This document shows, one piece after another, positions 18,236-32,761 of a stretch of 64,000 nt of DNA. The notes under the pieces were generated by a model. It was not told where the DNA came from, did no database searches, and was given only the letters and a program-made list of their open reading frames with translations. Made by a program: the position numbers and the translations under genes. The first letter of the stretch is position 1; each line of letters opens with the position of its first letter. This stretch comes from Alphaproteobacteria bacterium. Lineage in GTDB: Bacteria > Pseudomonadota > Alphaproteobacteria > GCA-2731375. The stretch lies in the NCBI GenBank assembly GCA_016776605.1, contig JADHTB010000010.1, positions 8,727 to 72,726 of the forward strand, in the 5' to 3' direction.

Positions 18236-18408
18236 TCCGGGCTATTCTGAACCATTTGACCGCTCACCAAGGCCCCGTGGGTAGGCGCGGTTTGCAGGTC
18301 GATGTGGTGCATCGTCCAAGAACCGCAACGCAGCCACGGGGCCTTGGTGAGCGGCCTTCGGTGGCACCCCTAAGCCATCAAATGGACCAGAATAGCCCGG
18401 AAATGCTC
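18236..18408. repeat. Long imperfect hairpin element (about 170 nt) inserted next to repeat copy B
   Basis: Outer arms CCGGGCTATTCTG / CAGAATAGCCCGG and inner arms GCTCACCAAGGCCCCGTGG / CCACGGGGCCTTGGTGAGC. Its core CGATGTGGTGCATCGTCCAAGA is shared with the element at 34005..34160. It is flanked by a near-duplicate of GAAAATGCTCTAGAGC, which looks like a target duplication. Confidence 0.6.
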
Positions 18409-19169
18409 TAGCGGGGCGCCATGCGAATGGCGCCGTCCAGGCGGATGGTTTCGCCATTCAGCATGACGTTTTCCACAATCTGCCGGGCCAGTTGGGCATA
18501 TTCGCTGGGCACACCCAGTTTCTTGGGGAACGGCACACTGGCCGCCAGCGACGCCCGCACGTCATCGGGCAGGGTGCCCAACAGGGGTGTCTCGAAAATT
18601 CCCGGCGCGATGGTGCAAACGCGGATGCCCTTGTCCGCCAGATCGCGGGCGACCGGCAGGGTCATGCCGACGATGCCGCCTTTCGAGGCGGAATAGGCGG
18701 CCTGGCCGACCTGACCATCGAAGGCGGCGACCGAGGCGGTGTTGATGACCACGCCGCGTTCGCCATGCTCCAACGGCTCTAAATCCACCATATCGGTGCT
18801 GGCAAGACGGATGCAATTAAAGGTGCCTATCAGGTTGATCTTGATGATCCGTTCGAACTGATCGAGGGGATGGGCGGCACCGCGGGAGGTTGTCTTGACC
18901 GCTACGCCGGTACCGGCACAGTTGACCAGAATGCGGGCCGTGCCAAAGGCTTCCCTGGTCTCGCCCAGGGCGGCAACCACACTGTCTTCCGAGGTGACAT
19001 CGCATTTGCAGAAGATACCGCCCACGGCCTTTGCCACGGCCATGCCTTTATCTTCCTGAATGTCCCAGATCGCTACTTGTGCGCCGGCGCCGGCCAGTTC
19101 CCTGGCCGTACCCTCGCCCAGGCCCGAGGCGCCGCCGGTAATGATCGCTACCTGTCCGTCGATTTGCAT
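18408..19169 (-). CDS. SDR-family oxidoreductase, 3-hydroxyacyl-CoA dehydrogenase type-2-like
   Basis: TGGASGLG cofactor-binding motif and YSASK active-site motif; 253 aa. Confidence 0.8.
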   Translation of the reverse strand: MQIDGQVAIITGGASGLGEGTARELAGAGAQVAIWDIQEDKGMAVAKAVGGIFCKCDVTSEDSVVAALGETREAFGTARILVNCAGTGVAVKTTSRGAAHPLDQFERIIKINLIGTFNCIRLASTDMVDLEPLEHGERGVVINTASVAAFDGQVGQAAYSASKGGIVGMTLPVARDLADKGIRVCTIAPGIFETPLLGTLPDDVRASLAASVPFPKKLGVPSEYAQLARQIVENVMLNGETIRLDGAIRMAPR

Positions 19170-19264
19170 GCTGTGCCCTTACCTTTGTTCAGTAAATTAT
19201 CGCCTTCTCATAGCAGATGCACGGCCCTGGCGGCAATCATTGCAAATTGCGGGGAACCGCACAT

Positions 19265-19624
19265 ATGCCCAACATGTCAAAAACACATTCCAAAGTGGAG
19301 GTAACGACCGACGAGGCCAAGGTACGCCGGGATTTTTGGCCCAAGTTACGGCGCGTATTGCGCCGCGTCCCTTTTGCCACCGATCTGATTGCCTCTTATT
19401 ACTGCGCCCTGGATCCAGCCACGCCGGCACAGGCGAAGGCGATATTACTGGGCGCCCTGGCCTATTTCATCATGCCGGTGGATCTGCTGCCGGATTTCAT
19501 CGCCCTGCTAGGCTTTACCGATGATGCCACCGTGCTGTTCATGGCCATCAACCGCGTGCGCCAGTATATCCGGCCCGAACACCGGGACCGGGCGCGGGCC
19601 TTTCTGTCAAGCGGCGAAATTTAG
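19265..19624 (+). CDS. YkvA/DUF1232-family membrane protein
   Basis: DLIPDFIALLGFTDDATV motif typical of DUF1232. A Met downstream of the longer track ORF start is chosen. Confidence 0.6.
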   Translation: MPNMSKTHSKVEVTTDEAKVRRDFWPKLRRVLRRVPFATDLIASYYCALDPATPAQAKAILLGALAYFIMPVDLLPDFIALLGFTDDATVLFMAINRVRQYIRPEHRDRARAFLSSGEI

Positions 19625-20559
19625 TTTCGGGCGACGGCGGGTGGATCGACGGCAGGCTGGGACAGCCCGGACTTTTTTCCCAACCTGGCTTCCCGCACAC
19701 CAATATACAAGGTCGCCGCGGCGACGATCAGGGCGCCGGTTATGGTCCAGATATCCGGCACTTCCGCGAACACCAGGTAGCCAATGGCGCCGGCGAAAAG
19801 CAGCCGGGTATAGTCAAAGGGCAGCAACGCCGTTGCCTCGCCAATGCGATAGCCCCGGATCATAAAGTACTGCCCTGCCGCGCCGAGGGCGCCGATCGCC
19901 ATCAAAAACACCAGTTCAACCAGGCCTGGCGCCCGCCACACCATCAAGGCCGGGCCCAGGGCGACCAAGGATGAGACCACGCCAAAATAGAACAACAGGG
20001 ATTCCGGCTGCTCGGTGGTCGACAGTTTTTTGATCATGATGGTGATCGAGGCCACCAGAAAGGCCCCGAACACGGCCACGAATGTCGCGGGCGCGATGTC
20101 GCCGCCCGGCCGCAGCATGATGATCACGCCAACAAAGCCGACGGCAGTCGCGGTCCAACGGCGCAGACGCACCACCTCGCCCAGGAACAACACCGCCAGC
20201 GGGATCAGAAACAGGGCGCGGGCATAGCTGATGGAGACGGCATCGGCCAGCGGCAGATGGGTGATGGCGTAAAAACCGGACAACATAGCAAGGGAGCCAC
20301 CAACGGCACGGGTCAATTGCATGCCCAGACGCCGGGTGCGCACGACAGCAAGGCCGTGCCGGAGGAAAAATGGCAACACGGCAAAAAGGCCGAACAGGGC
20401 GCGGAAAAAAGCCAATTGGAACGAATCGAACGAGCCACCCAGATACTTCACCACCGCCGTCATACAGGAAAACATGACGCAGCCCAGGACAATCCACAGC
20501 GCCCCACGGGTGTTGTCGGGCAGGCCGCGAACATGGACGCGCAGTCCCGCCGCGGTCAC
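19621..20559 (-). CDS. DMT-superfamily (EamA) transporter
   Basis: Ten predicted transmembrane segments arranged as two EamA halves. Confidence 0.8.
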   Translation of the reverse strand: MTAAGLRVHVRGLPDNTRGALWIVLGCVMFSCMTAVVKYLGGSFDSFQLAFFRALFGLFAVLPFFLRHGLAVVRTRRLGMQLTRAVGGSLAMLSGFYAITHLPLADAVSISYARALFLIPLAVLFLGEVVRLRRWTATAVGFVGVIIMLRPGGDIAPATFVAVFGAFLVASITIMIKKLSTTEQPESLLFYFGVVSSLVALGPALMVWRAPGLVELVFLMAIGALGAAGQYFMIRGYRIGEATALLPFDYTRLLFAGAIGYLVFAEVPDIWTITGALIVAAATLYIGVREARLGKKSGLSQPAVDPPAVARN

Positions 20560-20722
20560 CCCTGGGGCCCGTCAAAATCAGCGCCAAATACGTTGCTTGT
20601 GTGCATGGCCGCAACCTAGAGCAGATCCGGGATATTGTGAACCATGGCCAAAAACCATGCCCAAAAACGATGACCAGAAACGATGGTATGGTGGCGAATT
20701 CGCGCATGGCGTAAACTGCTGA

Positions 20723-22702
<1,980 letters not shown>

Positions 22703-22724
22703 AAATTAGCCATAGGAAAACAAC

Positions 22725-23489
22725 ATGAATGAACTTGCGGGCAAGGCGGCCATTGTCACCGGGGCCAGCCGGGGTATTGGCGCGGCCACGGCGCGGGAGC
22801 TTGCCGGACGCGGCGTCGCGGTTTTGCTGGCCGCGCGCAGTTTGGCCGAGATAGAAGCCGTGGCGGCGGAAATTCGCGCCGCCGGCGGCAGGGCGGAGGC
22901 AATGGCCTGCGATGTCAGCCAATATGGCGACGTTGCCGCCGCCGTGGCGCGGTGCCAGGAGGCCTTTGGCCGGTTGGATATCCTGATCAACAATGCCGGC
23001 GTTATCGAACCGATCACCCGGCTGGGGGACTCCGACCCCGAACAATGGGGCCGCGCCGCCGACATTAACTACAAGGGCGTCTATCATGGCCTGCGCGCGG
23101 CAATCCCGGTGATGGCGGCGCAAGGCGCGGGCGTCATCATCAATCTCAGCTCTGGCGCGGCCACCGGCGCCATGGAGGGGTGGAGCCACTATTGCTCCGC
23201 CAAGGCCGCCGCCCTGTCATTGACCCGTTGCGCCCATGTGGAATACGGCGGCAGCGGCATCCGGGTCATCGGCCTTGTCCCTGGAACCGTGGCCACCGAA
23301 ATGCAGGTTCTGATTAAGGCCTCGGGCATCAACCCGGTCAGTCAGTTGGACCCTTCGGTGCACATACCCGCGGAATGGCCCGCCCGTGCTATCGCCTGGC
23401 TGTGCAGCGAAGACGCGGCGGAATTCTCCGGCAGCGACGTCTCGCTCAGAGATGATGGCATTCGAAGGCGCGCCGGGCTTACCGCGTAA
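22725..23489 (+). CDS. SDR-family oxidoreductase
   Basis: TGASRGIG and NNAG motifs, and a YxxxK (YCSAK) catalytic motif. Confidence 0.8.
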   Translation: MNELAGKAAIVTGASRGIGAATARELAGRGVAVLLAARSLAEIEAVAAEIRAAGGRAEAMACDVSQYGDVAAAVARCQEAFGRLDILINNAGVIEPITRLGDSDPEQWGRAADINYKGVYHGLRAAIPVMAAQGAGVIINLSSGAATGAMEGWSHYCSAKAAALSLTRCAHVEYGGSGIRVIGLVPGTVATEMQVLIKASGINPVSQLDPSVHIPAEWPARAIAWLCSEDAAEFSGSDVSLRDDGIRRRAGLTA

Positions 23490-23496
23490 TCGCTTC

Positions 23497-23604
23497 GCTA
23501 GAGCATTTTCATTCTGAAAATGCTCAGATCTTTAGAATTAGAGCAATTTTTCCAATCACTTAGAATCGCTTCGCGATTCTCTGTAATTCGGAATGGCTCT
23601 AGCC
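23497..23604 (-). repeat. Copy C of the ~110-bp intergenic repeat family, inverted orientation
   Basis: Its reverse complement aligns over its full length with copies A and B. Confidence 0.85.
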
Positions 23605-23609
23605 GTGCT

Positions 23610-24515
23610 TTATATATTGGAGGTGGAAGGTTCGAAACCGCTGGCGCGCGCGTCGCGGGCGGTGGCGGCAAGCTCGCTGGCCGGATCGCCGGCAACGCGG
23701 GTATGCCGCATGACCCGCGTTTCGCTGTAGTCATAGGGCCGCGCGGCATGCAGAACACAGCGATTGTCCCAAATTATCAGGTCGCCCGGCTGCCAGCCGT
23801 GAGTGTAGGTACGCGGCGGCTGACAGGCAAAATTCAGCAGGTCATCCAATAGGGCTTTCGCCTCCCCGTCGTCCAGCCCTGGAATTTGGTAGGCGTGACG
23901 GCCAATGAAAAGCGACTTGCGGCCGGTGACCGGGTGCGTCTTCACCAGCGGACGCAACGGCGCGCCCTTGTTGTGATAACCGTAAGCGGTGCCGCTCTCG
24001 ACAATATGTCCGATCTCGGCCTGGGATTGGTACAGCGAATGATGGGCGGAAAGCCCCTCGATGCGTTCTTTTTGGTCATTATCCAGGGCATCGTAGGCGG
24101 CGCGCATATCCGCCCACGCCGTCTCGCCCCCTGCCGAGGGTACGACCAGCGCGGCTAGCATGGATGCCTTGGCCGCCAGCGGCATGTACGAGCTGTCCGT
24201 ATGCCAGCCTTCGTTCCCGCGCAAAGCCTGATAGCGATGCTCCTCCGGCTGCAAAACGCTGCCATCGGGTTTTTGGTTGCTGATCGCAACGGCCTTGGCT
24301 GCGGGGTCTCCGCGCAAAAGTTCGATCTCGCCAAAGCGCATCGCGAATGCCACCTGCGCCTCGTCGGTCAGATTTTGCCCTGGAAAAATCAGCACGGCGT
24401 ATTCGTGAAAAGCATCCTCCACCCGCTGCCAGGCAGGTTGATCCAGATGGGCCAGGTCGATGTCGGTGATCGTGGCGCCGAATGTGGCATCAAGAGGCGT
24501 GATCGTTGGCGCCAT
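23610..24515 (-). CDS. TauD/TfdA-family Fe(II)/2-oxoglutarate-dependent dioxygenase
   Basis: WHTD(S) iron-binding motif and the C-terminal R..H motif of the TauD family. Chosen start is the ATG at 24513-24515, with AGGAG 7 nt upstream. Confidence 0.75.
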   Translation of the reverse strand: MAPTITPLDATFGATITDIDLAHLDQPAWQRVEDAFHEYAVLIFPGQNLTDEAQVAFAMRFGEIELLRGDPAAKAVAISNQKPDGSVLQPEEHRYQALRGNEGWHTDSSYMPLAAKASMLAALVVPSAGGETAWADMRAAYDALDNDQKERIEGLSAHHSLYQSQAEIGHIVESGTAYGYHNKGAPLRPLVKTHPVTGRKSLFIGRHAYQIPGLDDGEAKALLDDLLNFACQPPRTYTHGWQPGDLIIWDNRCVLHAARPYDYSETRVMRHTRVAGDPASELAATARDARASGFEPSTSNI

Positions 24516-24700
24516 GGGATACTCCTGCTTTGCGGATTGCGCCGCGGCAGCGTCCATTCAGACCATACTGCCGCGTTCAGAGGGGCAGTATGGCCAAGGA
24601 AGGGCAACGAAGGCAAGCCCGCGGAAGCCCCCGACCCTGCAACGGTCGGAGCTAGGTGCGCGGTCGACGGGTGCGGCCGCGCACCAACCCTATGCCAACC

Positions 24701-27310
<2,610 letters not shown>

Positions 27311-27433
27311 TTTACATCCCTTTCAAGCACGCCTTGTGACAGCCAATGTTGCGCGTCTCGGTGGCCTGCCATCAACGCCTTGCAGTCAAAGCCCGGTCCT
27401 TCTATGAAGCAACCACGGCAGCGTATAACACTC

Positions 27434-27470
27434 CCTAGATATGGTGCCGTCAACACGCAACACAAGGTTC
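27434..27470 (-). promoter_or_regulatory. Candidate RpoH (sigma-32)-type heat-shock promoter upstream of clpB
   Basis: On the minus strand, CCTTGTG is followed after 16 nt by CCATATCT, about 130 nt upstream of the clpB ATG. This resembles the alphaproteobacterial sigma-32 consensus CTTG-N17-CCTATNT. The spacing is approximate. Confidence 0.3.
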
Positions 27471-27509
27471 CATAGCATCACAAAATAACCGCTGGAGAGG
27501 CAATTTTGC

Positions 27510-27620
27510 CGAGAGCGCATTCGAAGAAAATGCGCTCGGACTCTTAAAAATAGAACAATTGAACCAATCACTTTAAGTCGCGAAAGCGACTTCGATGAAT
27601 TGAACGTTGCTCTAAGTTTG
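27510..27620 (-). repeat. Diverged copy (about 60% identity) of the intergenic repeat family
   Basis: Same two-palindrome architecture as copies A-C (GAGCGCATTCGAAGAAAATGCGCTC and AAGTCGCGAAAGCGACTT), collinear with copy C. Confidence 0.55.
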
Positions 27621-27638
27621 GCAAGATTCGAGATAAAA

Positions 27639-28397
27639 ATGAGCCGTATCGCACAAATATACCGCTATCCGGTAAAGGGCTTAAGCCCGGAACCATTGTC
27701 AAAGACCGTCGTGTCGGCAGGACGCTGCATACCGATGGACCGCGCCTTTGCTTTGGCGCACGGCTCAACCCAGTTCGATGCAGCCAATCCAAAGTTCCTG
27801 CCGAAAAGCAAATTTTTGATGTTGGCGCGCAATGAACGGCTGGCGGCATTGAGCAGCCGTTACCATGATGAGACGCAGGAATTAGTGATCGAGCGGGACG
27901 GTAAACAGGTCGCCCGCGGCCGTCTGGATCTGCCCGTGGGGCGGCAGATGATTGAACAATTCTTTGCCGCCTATATGGCCGACGAGGTGCGGGGCAGCCC
28001 AAAACTATTGCGCGCCGGGGATCATACTTTTTCAGATGTGCCCCGCCATTGCCTGTCAGCGATTAATATTTCCAGCCTGCGGGAACTGGAACGGGTGATG
28101 AAAGTGCCCCTCGATCCCTTACGCTTTCGGGCCAATCTGTATTTCGATACCGGTGTGCCGTGGCAGGAGTTCGATTGGTGCGACAATGAATTTCCGATTG
28201 GCGACGGCGTGGTGGTCCGGGCCGTGTCCAGGATCGTGCGTTGCGCGGCGACCAACGTGAATTTGGAAACAGCCAGCCGCGACGTCAATATACCGCTGCA
28301 ATTGCAACAGGCTTTCGGCCATGCGGACATGGGCATTTATGTGGAAGTGATCAACGGCGGTACGATCAGCCTGGGCGATATGGTAACCCCGCCATAG
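27639..28397 (+). CDS. MOSC-domain protein (MOSC N-terminal beta-barrel plus MOSC domain, YcbX-like)
   Basis: N-terminal IYRYPVKGL motif of the MOSC beta-barrel and a conserved Cys in the C-terminal MOSC domain (RCAATNVN). Confidence 0.75.
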   Translation: MSRIAQIYRYPVKGLSPEPLSKTVVSAGRCIPMDRAFALAHGSTQFDAANPKFLPKSKFLMLARNERLAALSSRYHDETQELVIERDGKQVARGRLDLPVGRQMIEQFFAAYMADEVRGSPKLLRAGDHTFSDVPRHCLSAINISSLRELERVMKVPLDPLRFRANLYFDTGVPWQEFDWCDNEFPIGDGVVVRAVSRIVRCAATNVNLETASRDVNIPLQLQQAFGHADMGIYVEVINGGTISLGDMVTPP

Positions 28398-28434
28398 GCG
28401 CGACGCCAATTTTTAAACTATTTTCGAGATCGGG

Positions 28435-29208
28435 CTAGCTGGGTTCGATGTCCTCGACCACATTGCGCGGCGCGCTATCGCTTTCCGCCGCACCCGTATC
28501 CGCCGCAGCTGTATCCACCGCCGGGCGGCGTCTGCGGCGCGGTTGCCGGCGGGGGGCGGCATCGACTGTTTCCGCACCACTTTCATCCCGCGCATCGCCG
28601 CCAGAATTCTCGTTATCGCGGCCATTCACGCCATTACCGCTGCCAGCGCGGGGCATGCGGCCACTTTCGGACATTGCCGCCAATTCCGCCGGATTCATTG
28701 GCGCCTCGCGCGCCTCATCCCTCTGTGGCGCATTTGCCTCGTCGACATATGCGCGACCGACACGCGTATCCTCGATAACAACCGCCTCGGCGCTATCCGT
28801 GCCAAGCCCGGAACTGTCCCCGGCAACTTCAACAACCGCCTCTTCCGACGCGGCCGTCGATTGCTTTTCGCTGTCGCCCGCAGCCCTATCGTTGCCGCGT
28901 TCATCCTGATTTTGCTGCTCTTGGCGCCGCACATCCCGCTGTTCGCTCTCGCCAGCTTGCTGTTTGGCCGCTTGCATCAGGCGGTAATAATGTTCCGCAT
29001 GCTGAAAGTAGTTTTCCGCCGCGACGCGGTCACCCGATAGCACCGCGTCGCGCCCCAGCGTCTGGTATTTGTCATATACCGCCGACGCCGTGCCGCGAAC
29101 TTTTACCTCCGGGCCACTGCTGTCATAACTACGATTGGGGGAATTGTTAAAACCCCTGCGACCGGTTGGACGGCCACGTCCCCGTCTCTGGGGTGCGTTC
29201 TGTCTCAT
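28435..29208 (-). CDS. DUF4167-domain protein (alphaproteobacterial, Arg-rich N-terminus with Glu/Gln/Asp-rich tail)
   Basis: N-terminus MRQNAPQRRGRGRPTGRRGFNNSPNRSYDSSGPEVKVRGTA...KYQTLGRDA matches DUF4167, followed by a low-complexity acidic tail. Confidence 0.65.
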   Translation of the reverse strand: MRQNAPQRRGRGRPTGRRGFNNSPNRSYDSSGPEVKVRGTASAVYDKYQTLGRDAVLSGDRVAAENYFQHAEHYYRLMQAAKQQAGESEQRDVRRQEQQNQDERGNDRAAGDSEKQSTAASEEAVVEVAGDSSGLGTDSAEAVVIEDTRVGRAYVDEANAPQRDEAREAPMNPAELAAMSESGRMPRAGSGNGVNGRDNENSGGDARDESGAETVDAAPRRQPRRRRRPAVDTAAADTGAAESDSAPRNVVEDIEPS

Positions 29209-29550
29209 GCTACCGTCTTGAGTTGTGAATACGAATGAACGCCAATTCAAGATCCCTACGCTCGATCGATCGCCTCGGTATTTCTACCGCAAGCCAGCCG
29301 CCAAATATCCAGCGGCGAGACTAATCGCCAATGCCCTCGATCGAAGCAAGACATACTATTTGCATTCAAGTTGTCCGTATTACATCGGCCTAAATACTGG
29401 CCACAGATTTCCGGGTTGCATTGTGGGTATGTCTAATTGGAACCGTTCGCCCCATCACGACAGCTGTTTTTGCTGATCGATACGGTCGTTCCTTGCCGTT
29501 CGACTAGGAACCTAGCCGCTGACGGCGAAAATTCCAACCTCTTTTTTCAA

Positions 29551-30426
29551 TTAATTGGCCGAAACAATGAAACAGCGTTCGACCCCACCTAAATCACGAT
29601 GGCGACTTTCAACGTGCAAACCGCTGGCTTCGATAATTTGCCCCAGCAAAAATGCCTGGCCGCGGCCGCACTCCAAGGCCGCTTTGCCGGTCGGTTGCAG
29701 CAACCGCGGCAGATCAGGCAGCAAAGCGCGGTAGGCTGCCAGGCCGTCCCTGCCGCCATCCAGGGCCAGGCCCGGGTCATGGCAGCGGACCTCCGGCGCC
29801 AGGCCGGCAATCTCGGCGGACGCAATATAGGGTGGGTTGGCAACGATCAAATCAAAAGCACCCACCAATGCCCGGCTCCAATCACCCACCATGAAACGAG
29901 CCCGGTCAGAGAGGCCGAGGGCATGCGCATTGTCCCGCGCCTGGCACGCCGCAGCGGCGCTGATATCCAGGCCAACGCCCCAGGATTGGGGCCGTTCCTG
30001 CAATAGCGCCAACAACAGACAACCCGAGCCGGTGCCAAGATCGGCAATTCGATAGGCCCCGTCTTTTTGCCCCAGCTGTTCCAGAGCGGCGGCAACGATG
30101 GTTTCACTGTCCGGGCGCGGATCCAAAACATCCGGCCCTATTTGCAGATCAAGGCTCCAGAATTCTCGGTGCCCCAACAGGCGCGATACCGGTTGCCGCG
30201 CGGCACGGGCCGCGATTAAACCGGCAAAGGCCAGAGCTTCGCCATCGCATAGCCTACGGTCGCCCTGCCGTATCAGGGTCAGGCGGTCGCCGCCAACCAC
30301 ATGGGCCAGCAACAGCCCGGCGTCCAGCATGGCATCGTCGACCCCCGCCGCCCGCAATTCTTGACCGGCGGCGAGCAGAACCTGACGCAAAGTTAACCCT
30401 GGAGCCGGGCCGGCGGCATTAGCCAT
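29551..30426 (-). CDS. prmC: Peptide chain release factor N5-glutamine methyltransferase
   Basis: NPPY motif (LIVANPPYI) and GTGSG SAM-binding motif. Overlaps prfA by 8 nt. Confidence 0.9.
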   Translation of the reverse strand: MANAAGPAPGLTLRQVLLAAGQELRAAGVDDAMLDAGLLLAHVVGGDRLTLIRQGDRRLCDGEALAFAGLIAARAARQPVSRLLGHREFWSLDLQIGPDVLDPRPDSETIVAAALEQLGQKDGAYRIADLGTGSGCLLLALLQERPQSWGVGLDISAAAACQARDNAHALGLSDRARFMVGDWSRALVGAFDLIVANPPYIASAEIAGLAPEVRCHDPGLALDGGRDGLAAYRALLPDLPRLLQPTGKAALECGRGQAFLLGQIIEASGLHVESRHRDLGGVERCFIVSAN

Positions 30427-31498
30427 GACCTTCCAGCTCTGCCAATAAATTCGCCTGATGTTCGGCGATCAGAGCATTCACCACCTCGTCCACCGCTTCC
30501 CCACTCATCATTTTTTCCAACTTATACAGGGTCAGATTAATGCGGTGGTCGGTGACCCGGCCCTGGGGAAAATTATAGGTGCGAATGCGCTCGGAACGGT
30601 CGCCACTGCCGACCTGTTCCTTGCGGGCGGAGGCCCGAGCGCCGTCCACCATTTGCCGTTCGACGTCGTACAGGCGGGCGCGCAGCACCTTCATGGCCTT
30701 GGCGCGGTTCTTATGTTGGGATTTGCTATCCTGTTGCGTCACCACGATGCCCGAGGGCAGATGGGTGATGCGGATCGCCGAGTCTGTTTTATTGACGTGC
30801 TGGCCCCCGGCTCCCTGGGCGCGGTAGGTATCGACCCGCAGGTCCGAGGGGTTGATTTCAATATCTATCTCTTCGGCCTCGGGCAAGACGGCGACGGTGG
30901 CGGCGGAGGTATGGATGCGGCCCTGCGATTCCGTTTCGGGCACCCGTTGCACCCGGTGAACACCGGATTCATACTTTAATTTGGCGAACACGCCTTGGCC
31001 CGTGATCTCCGCCACGGCATCCCGGATACCGCCAAGCTCGGATGCACTGAGGCTCATCATTTCGAACTTCCAGCCATTGATCTCGGCATAGCGTTGATAC
31101 ATGCGCAGCAGGTCGGCGGCGAACAGGGCAGCTTCATCGCCGCCTGTACCCGCGCGCACTTCCAAAATGGCATTCTTGGTATCGGCGGCGTCCCTGGGCA
31201 GCATGGCGATCTGCAGTTCATCTTCAAACGCCGGCAATCTCTGCCGTGCCGCCGCCAATTCCTCGGTTGCCAGCGCGCGCATTTCAGCGTCGCTACCCTG
31301 ATCAACAACCATTGCCCCCAGTTCGGCAATTTCGGCACGCATATCGCGTATCACGGCGGCCTTCTTGGCCACCGGGGCAAGCTCGGCATATTCCTTGGAC
31401 AGGCGGACAAAATCGCCGCTCGAACCACCCGCCGCCATTGTGGCCTCAAGCTCCGCCAGGCGTTTCAGGATGCCCTCTATCTGTTCTTCGCTGATCAT
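30419..31498 (-). CDS. prfA: Peptide chain release factor 1
   Basis: GGQ motif ([22 protein letters not shown]) and PxT-type region; 359 aa. Confidence 0.95.
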   Translation of the reverse strand: MISEEQIEGILKRLAELEATMAAGGSSGDFVRLSKEYAELAPVAKKAAVIRDMRAEIAELGAMVVDQGSDAEMRALATEELAAARQRLPAFEDELQIAMLPRDAADTKNAILEVRAGTGGDEAALFAADLLRMYQRYAEINGWKFEMMSLSASELGGIRDAVAEITGQGVFAKLKYESGVHRVQRVPETESQGRIHTSAATVAVLPEAEEIDIEINPSDLRVDTYRAQGAGGQHVNKTDSAIRITHLPSGIVVTQQDSKSQHKNRAKAMKVLRARLYDVERQMVDGARASARKEQVGSGDRSERIRTYNFPQGRVTDHRINLTLYKLEKMMSGEAVDEVVNALIAEHQANLLAELEGHG

Positions 31499-32742
31499 GT
31501 AACCAATTTCCGCAGATGGGCCGCTACCGCGTCCAGGGCGACATCCTGCTGGGCGCCGTCATCCAAATCGCGCAGGGTTATCATACCTTTGGCGATTTCA
31601 TCATCGCCCAGGATTAATGCCGCGCGGGCGTTCAGCTTGTTGGCCCGTTTCAGCCGCCGGCTTAAATTACCGCGAAATCCCATATCGACCGTAAAGCCGT
31701 CCCGACGCAGGCCATGGCACAGCCGCAGAGCCATGCTCTCGGCCTCGGCCCCCAGGGGCACCAGGGCAATGGGCCGGACTGGCGCAGGCGTATGGGCGGC
31801 CAGCATGGCCAGGCGTTCGATACCCCCGGCCCAGCCGATACCAGGCGTCTCTGGTCCGCCCAGCATCTTGATCAGGCCGTCATATCGGCCACCTGCAATG
31901 ACCGCGCCCTGGGCGCCCAGGGCGTCGGTGACGAATTCAAAGGCGGTGTGGGTATAATAATCCAAACCGCGCACCAGGCGCTGATTGACGTTGTAGGTGA
32001 TCCCCAGGGCATCCAATCCTTCGCGGACGGCGGCAAAAAATTCCTGCGATGCCGGGTTTAAATATTCAGCCATCAAAGGGGCATCAACAACGATCACCCG
32101 GTCCCCTTCGTCCTTGGAATCCAGGATGCGCAAGGGATTGCGGGCCAACCGATCGACGCTGTCTTCCGAGAGGCGGTCCCGATGGTCGGAAAAATAAGTT
32201 ACCAGGGCCTCGCGATAAGCCTGCCGGCTGTCGGGATCGCCCAGGGTGTTCAGTTCCAGGGTACAGCGGTCCAGGACACCCAGCTCGTGCAGAATGTCGG
32301 TGCCCAGGGCGATAATCTCGATATCGGCACCGGGGCCTTCCACGCCCAGGATTTCGGCATTAATCTGGTGGAACTGCCGCAACCGGCCTTTTTGCGGCCG
32401 CTCATAGCGAAAGGCCGGGCCATGCGCGAAAAACTTCAACGGCAAATCCTGCTGCATCCCGCCTGAGATGAAAGCGCGGCAGATGCCGGCGGTGAATTCC
32501 GGGCGCAGGGTAATATCCTCGCCACCACGATCGGTGAACGAATACATCTCCTTGCGCACGACGTCGGAGCCCTCGCCCATGGTGCGGGCAAAGACCGGCG
32601 TGAATTCAAAAATCGGCGTATCGATATCGCTAAAGGCATAGCGGTGGGCACAGTTCCGCGCCACCTCCACCACGTGGCGATGACCCGCCGCCGCCACGCC
32701 GACAATGTCATGGGTGCCGCGCACCGATTGAATTTTCGCCAT
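31495..32742 (-). CDS. hisS: Histidine--tRNA ligase
   Basis: Class II aaRS motifs and HisRS-specific regions. Start chosen at [13 protein letters not shown]; the track ORF carries an N-terminal extension unlikely to be translated. Confidence 0.9.
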   Translation of the reverse strand: MAKIQSVRGTHDIVGVAAAGHRHVVEVARNCAHRYAFSDIDTPIFEFTPVFARTMGEGSDVVRKEMYSFTDRGGEDITLRPEFTAGICRAFISGGMQQDLPLKFFAHGPAFRYERPQKGRLRQFHQINAEILGVEGPGADIEIIALGTDILHELGVLDRCTLELNTLGDPDSRQAYREALVTYFSDHRDRLSEDSVDRLARNPLRILDSKDEGDRVIVVDAPLMAEYLNPASQEFFAAVREGLDALGITYNVNQRLVRGLDYYTHTAFEFVTDALGAQGAVIAGGRYDGLIKMLGGPETPGIGWAGGIERLAMLAAHTPAPVRPIALVPLGAEAESMALRLCHGLRRDGFTVDMGFRGNLSRRLKRANKLNARAALILGDDEIAKGMITLRDLDDGAQQDVALDAVAAHLRKLVT

Positions 32743-32761
32743 ACTCGTCTTACTCCGCGTC

